From the NCBI GenBank assembly GCA_051362555.1, contig CM120645.1, positions 10,974,001 through 11,038,000 of the forward strand: a stretch of 64,000 bases of DNA, read 5' to 3'. A program made the position numbers and the translations under genes. Of this stretch, positions 14,929 through 27,791 are shown piece by piece. Below the pieces are notes generated by a model. It was given only the letters and a program-made list of their open reading frames with translations, did no database searches and was not told where the DNA came from. The stretch is from Lingula anatina (taxonomy: Eukaryota > Animalia > Brachiopoda). Position 1 is the first letter of the stretch. The number at the start of each line of letters is the position of its first letter.

Positions 14929-15124
14929 GTAATAAATCAAGAGAGATGCTTGGAAGAACTTCCATTAAATAAAGCTGTTATGCCTGTTTAAGATCTTGAT
15001 AACTCCACATACTGACAATGTGAACTCCAGTGATGGTTATCAACTGGCGATGTGTGAAGTTGACATTATACCTGCAGCAACTCCTATCAAAATAAAGTAT
15101 TGATACAGCCAAAAGCATTAAGGA

Positions 15125-15990
15125 CCATTCCCAGACCCTATTGTACTAATTTTGGATCTATCTATCTTCTAGGGGATTCTCGCTAAATTGCAATCAACTT
15201 AAGCGGCTCAGATGTCTGTCAAGCCTACTGAAGCTGACAGGGGGTAATTAACTATCATTTAGCAGCTTTGCTAGGCATGTCAGACATCTGAGTCACTTAA
15301 AGCAATAATAACTCTTCCTTTGAGATTCAAAATTCCGCATGAAATACATTGTAAACAACGCATGGAAATATATTCTATTGTATTTTACCACTAAAACGGC
15401 CGTTATTGTAGTAAAACTAAAATCTGTGCTTGTCAATAGGGCTTTCGAAGCTTTCATCAAGGCATTCGTTGCTAATGACGTAATGGTGTCACGCGGATTC
15501 TCGCGTTCATTCGAGACCAAAATAACATATGGCGCCAAACGCATTAATGCGGACGCAGACGTAAGTTGCGAGTTTTTGTACAGTGCGTCGGATAACAAAA
15601 AGCCCAGAACGGCACACATTGTGGATATTAATGTATTTTTAACAAAAAGACGAATATATCTCATGAATCTTATATAGTGTTGTTGTTGTCTGCTTTTCCC
15701 GCGGTTTTAAGTAGGTCAACAGTGACTATGCGATGTCAGAGAGAGCTCCGTCAGTTAAAATCTCTTAAGAGATTTTAACAAAAAACCGTACGTTTAGGAA
15801 AAAAACCCTGGATTAACTTTGAATGCAGGAATGGGGTCGCTGACCATTGGTAAGTACGGGAAAATTGCCGTTTACTCCAGGAAAATCCAATTTTTGGCCA
15901 AAATGAAGAGTTATTATGACTTTAAGTTTAAAGCAATTTAGCAAGAAACCCCTTGGAGATAGATCCATCTGGGTATAGGAACGCAGTCTT
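15125..15990. mobile_element. MITE family 3 copy split by a nested insertion
   Basis: The left half (GGGGATTCTCGCTAAATTGCAA...CAGACATCT) ends at 15296, and the right half (GCAATTTAGCAAGAAACCCCTT..) resumes at 15926. Together they match the intact copy at 17255-17558. Confidence 0.7.
15301..15921. mobile_element. Non-autonomous TTAA-target DNA transposon (Kolobok-like), 621 bp
   Basis: TTAA|AGCAATAATAACTCTTC ... GAAGAGTTATTATGACT|TTAA gives a ~17-bp TIR, a TTAA TSD and AG...CT termini. The interior is CpG-rich, unlike the flanks. Confidence 0.7.
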
Positions 15991-17254
15991 ATACATAAGA
16001 TGGCTATACACACCTTTACTCCCCCCCCCCCTTCCTTCCCAGCACAAGCACCTTTTACTAACCAAGAATTGGCCTAAACATGCATTAAAGTGTTTCATGT
16101 ATTTTTTCTTATATATATATATATATATAATTAAATACTAAATTTGATTTTGTGCGAAAAATTCCTTGAAGTCCTACTCAATCATAAATTTGGGAAAAGA
16201 GTTATTTGGCTTTTTAATTCAGGAAAAGAGAGTTATTTGACATTATACCTACATTATACCTTTAAAAAGGTTATTTGGCAAATGGAAATGATGTTTAAAA
16301 AAAAGAAAACATCTCAATTTAGTCAATAACACCACAAAATTCACAAGTAAAATGACAAAAATTGATACTTAGTTCTTAAGTCAAACAGGCAAAGAAATAA
16401 CCACACAATTGAACATCTACATGATATACTCACATCATGATGTTACTGACACATCAAACCTATAGATAGGTGCAAAATTCCCACTTGTTATGACAAATAT
16501 CACATTACCTTAAGTAACTTATCTGCCAACAAGGGAAGAAAAATCCCCAGTACGAATTCCAAGAAACAGAGCCTTCTCTCTCATTACAGTTTACAATGTC
16601 TTCTACGTAAAAGCCTCCTGGGTGGCTATAAAATCTCCAGGTTTCAATTTGAACAATGTCAGGCAACAACATCTGGAACCATCCACTTAATGTCTATTTT
16701 GCAAGCATGATAAAGCATGTTTTCTCCCCCAGTGTATGTCTAGAGCGCCGCAATGTTGGTAAAACTACCAGAATTCTTGCCCACACTGACTATGTTCAAC
16801 CCCATACTTTCTCCAAGCATGAGACTGTTCTCACTTACTTTCCTTCATCAGATGCATTGCTCTAGGGTAGACATCCTTTATCATGTTCTTATGTCATCAT
16901 TGTGGTAATTATTAACAATTTTCCAACATATCTCTTTTTTCCTATATCATTTCCCCCCAAATATTCAAACAATTTCTTTCGGCATGAATGCCGTTTTTCA
17001 CAAATCATAAATTATTTCCATTTTTTCCTGTATCAATTAGTTCCAAAACATTAGAAATCTACAACTACCCAAATTTTGTTCAAACATTTAGAGAAATTAC
17101 CGTAGAAAGAATTAATCAATGGCCTTGCTGATAGGTCTGACCACCTCCAGTGTTTCCCTTACCAACTGGGCTCAGGTTTACGTCATCCCACTCAACACAC
17201 AGGACTCACAGCACTGAAGATACAAGTGCTTGAGGCTGGACACTTGGAGATCAA

Positions 17255-17558
17255 GGAAGGGCAATACAGACCAAGACTCAGTTCTCATACCTAGATCGAT
17301 CTAACAGGATTGATCTATCCATCTCCTAGGGGATTCTCGCTAAATTGCAATTAACTTTCTAGTAAGCAGCTTAGATGTCTGTCACGCCTACTGAAGCTGA
17401 TAGAAGGTAATTAACTATCGTTTAGCAGCTTTAGTAGGCATGCCAGACATCTAAGCCGTTGAAGCTGAATGCAATTTAGCGAGAAACCCCTTGCAGATCC
17501 TGATCCTGTTGGATCGATCTAGGTATGGGAACCCAGTCTTGGTTTGTATTGCCCTTCC
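17255..17558. mobile_element. MITE family 3, long imperfect foldback
   Basis: GGAAGGGCAATACAGACCAAGACT..CATACCTAGATCGATC mirrored by GATCGATCTAGGTATG..AGTCTTGGTTTGTATTGCCCTTCC. Related copies at ~15130, ~34240 and ~61560. Confidence 0.75.
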
Positions 17559-20500
17559 ATCAATGCTATAAGCAGACCTGTTTACAACCAACTTGGGCTG
17601 ACTTAACCCTGTGTCTGTGTCTAAATGCAGGTGTAGTAAGTAACGCCTATCCATCTCCACTGGAAACGGGCCTCAAAAGCAGGCTTTACAGAGAACGAAC
17701 TATCGTTGGGAATGAGCCTATAGTAAGCAATATACAGAAGTGATAAGTAATATACATGGAATTCTATCTGTTGTGCAAGAGAATGTTACTATGAAGACCT
17801 TTTGAGAAAACAAAAATAAAAATATCCATGGATAAACTGTCTTTTATTCATTTCTGCACTACACTTGAGATCCTGCCATTATTCCCGATTTCCTCCAAAT
17901 CCTGCAAAATCTTGTTTGATTAAATTAAATACTAAGACACATGACTGAAGGCTATCTCGGATGATTAACAAAAACGTATCCATCCACAATAAATCAATCT
18001 ACACGATGACATTTTTCCTTTTCAGGAAAATAAAAATCAAGGAAGTCTGTTTCAGTGCATATAAGAGATTAAAGATGCTACTCCAAGACTGGTTTTTGTT
18101 CTGGCAAAATGATCATCACCATGCCTGCATATTAAGAATGCATGTGAAAAGGCTTTCAGAATCCAAACAAGATCAATACAGGTATCCTGGATGCAGACAT
18201 TTGTCTACAACTGACAGTACACAAGTCTTCTATACTGCAGTGTTTTATAACCTGATATGTGCTCAGCAATAGATCACTCCAACTTTACTGAACACAAACA
18301 CTTGTGCCACGATATTGGAGCTTGCCTTCATTTAACACACCATGCTATCAGATGTGAGAATGATGACACATGGGTAAGAATGATGGCACTGGGGTAAAAT
18401 GTCTCACTAGAAGAGTCAGAATAACAAGGTGGGGTGACACTTGCCCCCCCCCCCCTTATCCCCCGTCCTCGTGTCCTCCAAAAAATACATGCACACGCTT
18501 TCACTCATCTACACATACACTCATTCACATATTTGCACATGCATCTTCTCATGCATACACACACATGCATACTTGTGCGAAGAGAGAGAGAGAGTGAGAG
18601 TAAGAGAGAGACACCCCCCCCCCCACCACCACCAAAATCCATGCCTTTGCCAAACTGCCTGCAGAAAGTGCACATGCTCCATTAGGTGTCCTGAAAGAGA
18701 AGCTCTGATACTGTTATCAACAAACAGTCCTAAGAAGGTCACATCTGTCGGAACACTGGCTGATTTCTAATTTCACTGACTACGAAAAAAGGCTGATGTG
18801 TCTGTACAAACATTCACATAACGTCAGACTCAGCCTCAGGCCAGTGGAAGACAACCCATGTGGAAGCTTGCATAAGCCATGCCTTAAAGTACTAGTATGC
18901 CAGCTCTATACATTGTATTTTCCTAATATATCTTGCTAAACTGATTGCTAAGAGGTGACACTCAATTGCATTACTAACTACTTAACCAAATAAATATTCA
19001 ATATGTAAAAATACAATAATAAGGAGTTTATGTATTAAGTTACACATAACAGCAAATAGAACATGAAGAAAAATATGCATGATGAAAAAGAGAGCAAAGA
19101 AGTATTGAACAAAACAGGTGTGAGCCTAGTGGTGCTCCACCTAATATTGTGTTTGGAAAGTTTGCAAAAAGTGACCTGATCACGAAGATTTACAAATGAA
19201 ATGAATGAAACTATTACAAAATGGGTTATTTTTTTTCTTCTTTTTTAAGTGTGAAATATCTATTGTTACGCCTCAATACAAGGTCTCTTAGCATCTGCTA
19301 GAGCAAAGCAATAAGCAATCTACATGTGAATCCAGTAAAAATACAACTGGCAAACTTCTTGGCTTCTAAACCAGAGTTAAGAAAGTCAAGGCCCTGCAGT
19401 TCAGTGCACAAAGCCCCCCTAGTCCCGGGAACACTTGTTCCACGACCTGAACTTGTTTATCCTACACAAACCCCCATTATCCTCAGTGTATTACCAGAGA
19501 AAACAAGATGGCTGCAGCCTATTGATCTGAGCAGAATGATCAGGTGTTAGTAGGGCTTGGACAAACACTGCACTGGCACACAAATGAACAGTAAATAATC
19601 CAACTATCATCGATTTCTGGTCCAGAATCCAATAAGCAAACTTTTGTCTCGTCTTTGTTTCCTGAAAAACACTCAACTCAACCGATGTCCCCAGAATTCT
19701 CACACCCGGTCATCAATACTTTTTTGTTTCTTTCGAAAAAATCAGGCCCAAGGCCAATACTGCAGTGCTGATCAGAATATATATTAGTTTGAAACACACT
19801 CCTATTGGTAGAAATAAACCCTCAAGTACTAGTAAGCACTGTTGGACTTAAAAACTGCACAATGCAACCTCTTTCAGTCAGTTGCAACCCCCCTCCACCC
19901 CCCAAAAAAAACACCCATGATCTACCCCACCCCTACCTTTACCAACCACCATTCTCATAGCTAAGATTCTATCCTTATTATTACTTTCCTTGTTATATAG
20001 TGCTACACTGTATAGAATACAAAGCAATGCATCTTAACAGATTAATAAATCTATAAAATACTAGAGTTCTGTCTTGGCTGATTACATCTTATTCCATTAA
20101 AAAAATGCCTCATTCCTCCATCCTACTTTATTTACAGCTACAACTGTCTCCTTCCCCCTGTTACATGTATATATATTCTTCCCATCAAATGGATTAGTAA
20201 CACTCTTAACTTGTAGCTTTCCCCAAAAAAGCATGCTGTACAATCATTGCTTAAGTTCTCCACATGCTCTGCTGTGTGACTTATGCTTGCTGTTGAATCT
20301 TTGACGTTTTGATCACGTAATGCATGTTAGTATTTGTTCTTTCACGTAAGGATCAGGTCGAAATTGCATGTTAACACATGTTAGGGAATACTTGCAGTGA
20401 CCCTCTGCAGTATTATTCCCATCTGTAAGATTATTTTTATTTCTAGAGATCTTAGTCATGTCTCTTTATATACCACAAAAGAGAAAAAAAAAATGTTACA

Positions 20501-21676
20501 CCAAATGGTATCTTAAAATTACTGTCATAACTAATATTAAAGTCATACATACATCAATGTAACAATACTTCACATATTCATCATTTCATCATAATTTTCC
20601 CAACAACCCGCCTTATGCGGGCAACAAGAAAACCTGTAGGCCCGTAGCCTGCAATTTCAAAAGGAAGGGGGATGGGTTCTTTTTCTAAAAAAGTGGACTT
20701 TTTGCCATAATACCTTTGCGTACCTGGATCAATATTTTACCAGAGCAAACTTTTTCCCAGCAGAAAAGAATTTATTCAACCCCCCCCCCCCTTCCCCAAG
20801 CCCTGGCCACAGACCTGACCTGACAGGAATATGTCACCCTGTAACTCCCACACTTGTTGCTTACATACTAGTAGGCTGTCATTTAATACAGCATGTGGCA
20901 CAATCAGCGCTGTGAAACTCGGGGCGATTACCGAAGATGACTGTGAATAAGTCAAAGAGGAGTCACGGGTCAGCCACTGTTATACTGGTTTACACAAACT
21001 GTGCACAAATGCATGTCTAGAACTTGTCAACTGACAGAAGAGACCATTTTGTATTAAAATTACATCTTTTAAATGAGGACATTGTCCAAGATAGTCTTAT
21101 TTGAATAATAATTTACAACACAGACACGTGCGCGCGTGCGCATACACACACACACACACACGAAGACAATCGTACACAGACACACACATTCAAACACTTG
21201 TACAAGCAGACTTAAACTATAAAAACATACTCATTAGTACACAAGCACTTACAGTATGCCCCAAAAGAGACAATGACTTTACCTGTGTTAAAGCCCTGGC
21301 TGCTGAAGCTCCACAAAAATTGCTCTGAATAGATTATCTGTAAAATATCCAACCACTAGAAATAAAGAGCAGTGTAGATGGTATCACCTCATACTCAGAC
21401 ATTGTAATTGGTTTGTACACCACAATATAAGATAGCTCCTCCTATCGCATCTAATTTTGACATCATTGACTATACTAGTACATGAATGTGCCAGCTGATC
21501 AGAGGGTCCTCAGCCAAGCACCGGGCCACCTGAGTATTGAGAATGAAGTTAAACTAAGGTGGTCTGCTGCGCAGACAACTATTTAGTTACTGTACACAAA
21601 AACAATTGACTTAGAAGAAAATTATGCATATAAATTAATTATTTGTAAAATGAATTTAAAGTTTGAGTCATGTGGA

Positions 21677-21712
<36 letters not shown>

Positions 21713-22492
21713 ATGTGAACCTAGCCCCACAGTAAAAACTGATCACATCATCTGCAAATCGATGTGTCTGGTTTCTCAGTGAAAAAAAGCTAATATAATC
21801 ACATATCGAAAATTGAATTAAACAAAATGACTCAGCTAAGTGATAACCACATTAAACAATGCAACCTACACATCCTATAATGTCAATTTTGCCTCTGATA
21901 AAACCACGAAATGAGAACATGTCAGAAACTTACAGAGCATCCTCCTTCCTCACTCCATATCTTCTCCAGCATGAGTGATGGAGGGAAAGCACTCAGTACA
22001 TCATGGTCGTGATGAAGATGTCTTGTCTTATCTAAAACACTACTGTTTTCAAACATGAAACAGTGCGGTGATTCAACAGGTACAAGTAATGTTTCCTGTT
22101 AATGAGATCCCAAAGACTTCCTCCCCACCACAACATTCACACACTAACTGATAACATGAAACAATGTTTGTTATGTCAGTACAGGAGGGATTAGTAATTC
22201 ACCAACATCTAAATTGACTGACTATGACAACATCATTGATTTAATCTCTTCAGCAACTCTTTACACACTTTGACTTAATGAAATGTTTGAAAAATCTTTA
22301 TTTCATATACATATTTATTTATTGATTTGCTTATTTATTTATCTATCTACTACTATGTTTCTTTACTTATTTAACTATAATGATTTATTGAATTGTTTAT
22401 TTATTCTGATATTCATCTATTTACTTATCTATTAATCAATCTATTTTGTCAATAATCAACATATGGTGGAAGTGAGCTGCATGCATTGCCTA

Positions 22493-22678
22493 TGAGTGTA
22501 TACAGAACAGTGGACTTACAGATCCGCAGATCAAATATAGCTACCCACTAAAAAGCTTGTCGCTTAATTCCTGGTTGGATACTGAATAAATTCCCTGTGG
22601 GGATTAAGCAACAAGCATTCAAATGGGTTGGCCATATATGATCCCCAGATCTGTTTGTCCACTGTTCTGAATGTGCTC
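22493..22678. mobile_element. Degenerate MITE, family 1
   Basis: CAGAACAGTGGAC..ACAGATC / GATCTGT..GTCCACTGTTCTG inverted arms. Confidence 0.55.
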
Positions 22679-22885
22679 TATAAATAAGAAGTTAAGCTAG
22701 CAATACCCAAGCATCTCCCAGATGATCTAATGTCATTGGTAGTGGTCAGAAGTTTGATAGCACCCCCTCCCCACCCCCCCTTGATATTTACCAAAAAGAG
22801 ATGATCTAATTATGTCACTGAGCGTGATTAGGGAGATAAAGCTAGAACACCCCCCCCCCTACATCTACCAGAAGGAGATGACTTA

Positions 22886-23142
22886 GGCTTCGTTCACATG
22901 CAATGTCTATTTTCTAAATTCTATTTTCTATTTGCGGCATGTCTTATGATCACGGTCTGTGCACTGAATATCCCGCCGCGTAATTACTGGCAGCGCGAGC
23001 CAGTTACTATAAGTTACTATAAGTAACTGGCTCGCGCTGCCAGTAATTACGCGGCGGGATATTCAGTGCACAGACCGTGATCATAAGATAGCGCAAATAG
23101 AAAATAGAATTTAGAAAATAGACATTGCATGTGAACGAAGCC
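22886..23142. mobile_element. Near-perfect 257-bp palindromic (foldback) MITE, Harbinger/Tourist-like
   Basis: ~120-bp arms starting GGCTTCGTTCACATGCAATG and ending CATTGCATGTGAACGAAGCC, with a TTA duplication on both sides and only a few mismatches. Confidence 0.85.
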
Positions 23143-26100
23143 TTAATCATTTCATTGGTAGTGGTAATAAGTTAACTAGCATGGCCACAGTATCTTCTAC
23201 AAGGAATAGATTTTATCATGCCACCGAGAGTGGTTAGAGAAGTCCGTCTAGAGGAGATGTAATCACACAATAGAGAGTGGTTACCCTTAACCCGGTGTTC
23301 ACTGTTGGCCCTGTTAATACTGTAGGTTCCACATATCTTCCTATCTTTCACATCAGCAATCTGAACCCAAGGTCATCATTTATATATATATATATATATA
23401 TATATATGTTTGAAGTGTGTGTCATCCTTACCAACACTGCACTATCTGTTCTCTATACTACACTGTGCTCACTTCAGCTTACAGTAATTATTCACAAATT
23501 TCAAAAAGGAACTCACTTCTTTAAATACTGCATCTTTTCAAGATAATGTCTTTCTGGCATGAACGTTCCAAAATCATTTTTTTAGCTGTTACTAATTAAA
23601 TAAAACGTGGTTTCTCTTACATTGAAAGGATCTGTCCATTTAGTTCAAAATTAGAGAGTAATTACCGTAGGTCCCTCTCCCAAGTGGCTGAGTTGATTGG
23701 ATTACTTGAACTGAGTCGTCTGTCTGCTTGGCTATCTGTCTGTTAGCATGTATATTTTATTCACATCAGCAGATGTAGTTGGAAACAAGGGGCAGTTTCA
23801 CCAAAGAATTTTAGACCAAATATTGGTCTTAGAAACATTTAGATGAACATTTTGGTCTACTTTTGTTTAAGATGTAATAGACCATTAAGTTTAAGTATGT
23901 TTTGGTCTGAAATAATAGCCATGTCTTTCTTGTTATAAAACAGGTGCTGTGAATAATATATTATCAGACTACTGATTGATCTGTGATCAATGCAGACTAA
24001 AAGTTTAGACTGGTTTCTGAACTAAAGTTATTTCAAATGTGAAAATCACCCCAGAACACTATAGAAGGGTCAGGTCTAGATATATATACAGGATACAGGC
24101 CCTGGATTATTTTTTAAACCTTAAAAGTAGAATTGTTCACTCTAGCCTGTCCAGAAAGAGAGCACAGTCACACTCTCAGACCCACACATATCGGCAAATC
24201 TACTCAAACTACATGACATTGAAATATCAAGCTTTAATCTACCTGATTTTAGACTATGACTTCAGTCACATATCCTCCTGGGGTCCTTATACATAATGTA
24301 AAATCCAGGCAGATGAGAAAAAAATACTTAAATTTTCCAGAGGATCTGTATTTGTAAGTAGAAGCAAGCAAACAAATTCTCTGATTTATGAAGTTAATCA
24401 TAAGACAGTGACTCATTTGGAAAAAAAATTACTTGTACTAGCACTTATTTTCCACCATACATAAAGCACACCTGACCATCCACTTATCACAAATAAAATC
24501 AAAACAGTATGGTTTAGGTCATGTGTCCAGAGATGCACTCTTATTTGCCAGTCACCTCAAGAAAGAATGGTTTCTAGCCCAAACTGAACTTCAGACAATT
24601 AGAAGATAATAATAAGAATAATGATGTTATTTTTTGCAGTATCACGCATATGAACTGAAATAGGGTCATTGCAGAGTATTTTTGTCTGATGGAGTATTTT
24701 ATTAGCTTCATTTGTAAGATGTTTGCCACATTCATACTATGTTCTCCTTGAAAAGAGTTTTTATGAACTATAACCATTTTTTTTATCAAGGATAAAGGAT
24801 AGAGAAAAACAGCTGGAGAATGGCTATAGATCAGAAAAAAATTCCAGTTCTCTCTTGTCACAGTACCAAATATAATTCATCATATATTTTATGGCAGCAG
24901 GATGCTGCAAGGTCAATAAGACAACATTTATCATTGCAATAGACCCCCAGATGTTACAACACGTACGCACTTTTAAATTATTTGCTATGGCTGAGTTTTG
25001 ACAACCAATTTGTCTTTACACTTTCATAACATTGAAACTGTGACACTTAAATCCTACTAGTACATGGAAAAACTTCAGAAGACCTTTCAAAAATGTTTTC
25101 AATTTTGTATTTCAAAACAGCATTTTAACCAAGTAATGCTGCTGTATGAAATCATATTATGGTTGTACTGTCAGGGATTTTTTTATTATTTTAGATATAT
25201 ATTCTGCTAGGTGCATGGCGATTTTTATAGAATGAATCACAAAAGAATAAGTCATAATATCATTTTTGGTTTTGTTCTTGTTTAGTAGTTAATGTACATT
25301 TAGCAACTGAGTAATTTCACTATAACATAAATGTCTTTATCTAAGGAGCTCTGAATTTAAGATCATATCACCATAAGGGGGATCTAGTATCCACCAGGCT
25401 GTTTCACTTTCTCACTAATTACCACAAATAACAAGCACTTATCCAAGGCCAGAACACAATACACTTAACTGTCCAGTTTTAAGAGATGTTATCATTCAAT
25501 ACCAGATATATACAGATCGCATGTAAGTGCTTCATTTGGACTATATATCCTGGTTTAGGAACAGACGAGAGACCAAGGCTGCATTCAGAACTATTAAATA
25601 AATATATCTCCAGTAATTAAGTCAGCAAGATAGACACTTGATTGCAATAGTCCGTGCTAGACTCTTCTATTGCATTGCCCCATGCAGATGGTCTAATAAG
25701 GGTAATGATCTGCACAAGCAGCAATTGAGGATACGAATAAGGATCGACTTCTTCAAGTTCATAAACTATAAAAACATCTTTGGTAAAGCGTTCTCGAACG
25801 TGATTTTTGGCAGATAGAGCACACCATGCCATGATAAGCAAACATTCACCCAAACTAAAATAGACCAGCAATTTGATATATACTAGTACCTATGCTGCCA
25901 GAACAATATGACATAAATTTGAAACCTATGCACATTGTAGGCGTATTGTGATTTATATGGGCTAGACCTGCTGCCTGTATTGCTACAATTGATGATTTAT
26001 TCCTGATTAATATTCACAGACTACGAATACACGAGATACAGTATAACAACACCTACATACTTTGACACATTTGTATATGTATGTATAATCATGTGCATGT

Positions 26101-26502
26101 TGTCTGACTCTTAACAAATTGACACTCACATAAAAAAAAAATACACACGCGAATGCACATAACATCAAAGACAAGTGATTCTGCTTAGAAGCCTTTCACA
26201 ACCTACACAACCAAACCTATGTTTTTCAATAAAAAATCTTTGTGAACAGAATTTTACTTTTATACATGTTACTCCCTTGCATCATTATTTCCAGTACTAT
26301 ATTTACATGGGCAAGTAACAGAGTGGGGGAGTAACAATTCAAGATCTCGAGTATCTATGCCATAGAGTATCAATGCAGGCAATATTATTTTTTAATAATG
26401 TGGGAACATGAAGAGATGTCTTTCACCAGTGGCTCCATTGATTACCACTGCAGTCTTCTACAAATAAATAAAAAAAATGATCATTTGACACTCAATATGT
26501 TA

Positions 26503-26676
26503 AGCCACATTCAGGACAGTGGACTAACCACGGGTCAAATATAGGGACATAAAAAACGCTTGACATCTAATCCCCTTACACAATAGACACTGAATAGATT
26601 CCCTACGGGGAAGTATTCAAGTGGGTCAGCCTTATTTGTCCCTCGGACTACTTAGTCCACTGTTCTGAATGTGGCC
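26503..26676. mobile_element. MITE family 1 copy
   Basis: GCCACATTCAG.ACAGTGGACTAA / TTAGTCCACTGTTCTGAATGTGGC, flanked by TTA. Confidence 0.7.
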
Positions 26677-27434
26677 TTAGACCCTTGCAGAGTTGCCATG
26701 ACAGTGCTTAATAAATATACACAGATCTACTGTCTACCGTCTAATTCACAACAGAATAATTATAACACGCGTAAGCAATAGAAGTCTGTTCTCAAAAATA
26801 AATAAAGTGCATGTACATTTGTTGAGTTGGCATCTCTGCACTTGTCAGATTTAGACTATCTATAATGTGTTTGCCTTGGCAAAGTTCTTACTAATGCTAG
26901 TTCTTTAATTTCCGGGAAAATATTTTTAGTGGCCTATAGCAAAATAAAGTTCGTTTTTGTATGGAACTGCTATTCTATTGATTTTTATTGTCGGGCAATG
27001 CATGTGCAAAGTTCTATCATTGCATGTCATGTTACTTTTAGTTTTCCAAAATGTTATCAAAAATAAATAAAAAACCAAACGAGGCTGCAGGAAATTTGTT
27101 AAAAATATGTAACCTTGCACCAATAACATTAATTACAGCGTCATGTAAAATTAACCTCACTAAATCACATACACATGGTATTCAATGGTTAACTCCAAAG
27201 CGCAGCTTTATAATGTAAAAACACCGGTGAGACACACTTCAGATACCAACTTGACTTCGTCGCTGTCGATCCTTTTGCTTTGGCAAGAGAGAGAGTGACG
27301 ATAAACACAACTCACTCGTTATTTCTTGTAGCGTTTCCCCTTTAGACTCGCTAATTGGAAAGAACATAAATATGTCAAATGCAAATTTGCCTTAAAATGT
27401 TTGAGTGAGGAGAAAGTTGACTGTCTTTACTTAC

Positions 27435-27459
27435 CAAACTCAATCTGTGTCGCCACCAT
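27435..27459 (-). CDS. Putative alternative first exon of the CDK17-like gene (MVATQIEF, phase 1)
   Basis: Minus strand AAGATGGTGGCGACACAGATTGAGTTTG|GTAAGT has a good Kozak context and a perfect donor, and sits in a CpG-richer promoter zone. Its phase equals that of the 6498 exon. Assignment to the kinase gene is inferred. Confidence 0.45.
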
Positions 27460-27791
27460 CTTCTCTTGGTTATTGTGTTTACCCAAGATTCCTTGCTTCG
27501 TGCAAATGGTGTAAGCGACTTTTGCTACTGTATTTTTAAAAATCTACGACTTGAATCCCCAGCAAAGTGAACTTACTTATTTTTATGAATACTAGCTTGG
27601 TAATGAAATATGGTTTACTGTATTTTATTTGTTTTTGAAAAAATATTCATCTTTTTATTAACATAAGAGCGACTTCATTACAGTTCCACGCATGCGTTAC
27701 AGGAAATGATACTCGTGGCTTGCTCATTAAGAAAATAATGATGGATAACATTTCTTGACATTTATTATCGTACTGTAAATAAGACTTGAAG
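27460..27791. promoter_or_regulatory. Bidirectional promoter between the CDK17-like gene (-) and SLC35B4 (+)
   Basis: Two divergent ATG-plus-donor exons are 332 bp apart. CpG is locally retained at ~27.1-27.9 kb amid CpG-poor gene bodies. Confidence 0.55.

Noticed and set aside
15293-15677. Overlapping 123-aa and 112-aa ORFs on opposite strands
   Set aside because: They lie within a 621-bp non-autonomous transposon and have no recognisable motifs.
18370-18770. Cluster of overlapping ORFs rich in His, Thr and Pro
   Set aside because: Produced by CA/GA/poly-C low-complexity sequence.
21283-21337. 55-nt minus-strand candidate exon (TTTTACAG|..CAG|GTAAAG) in the kinase intron
   Set aside because: It has a stop in the phase needed after MVATQIEF and no homology. 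It could be a UTR exon, but that cannot be supported without transcripts.
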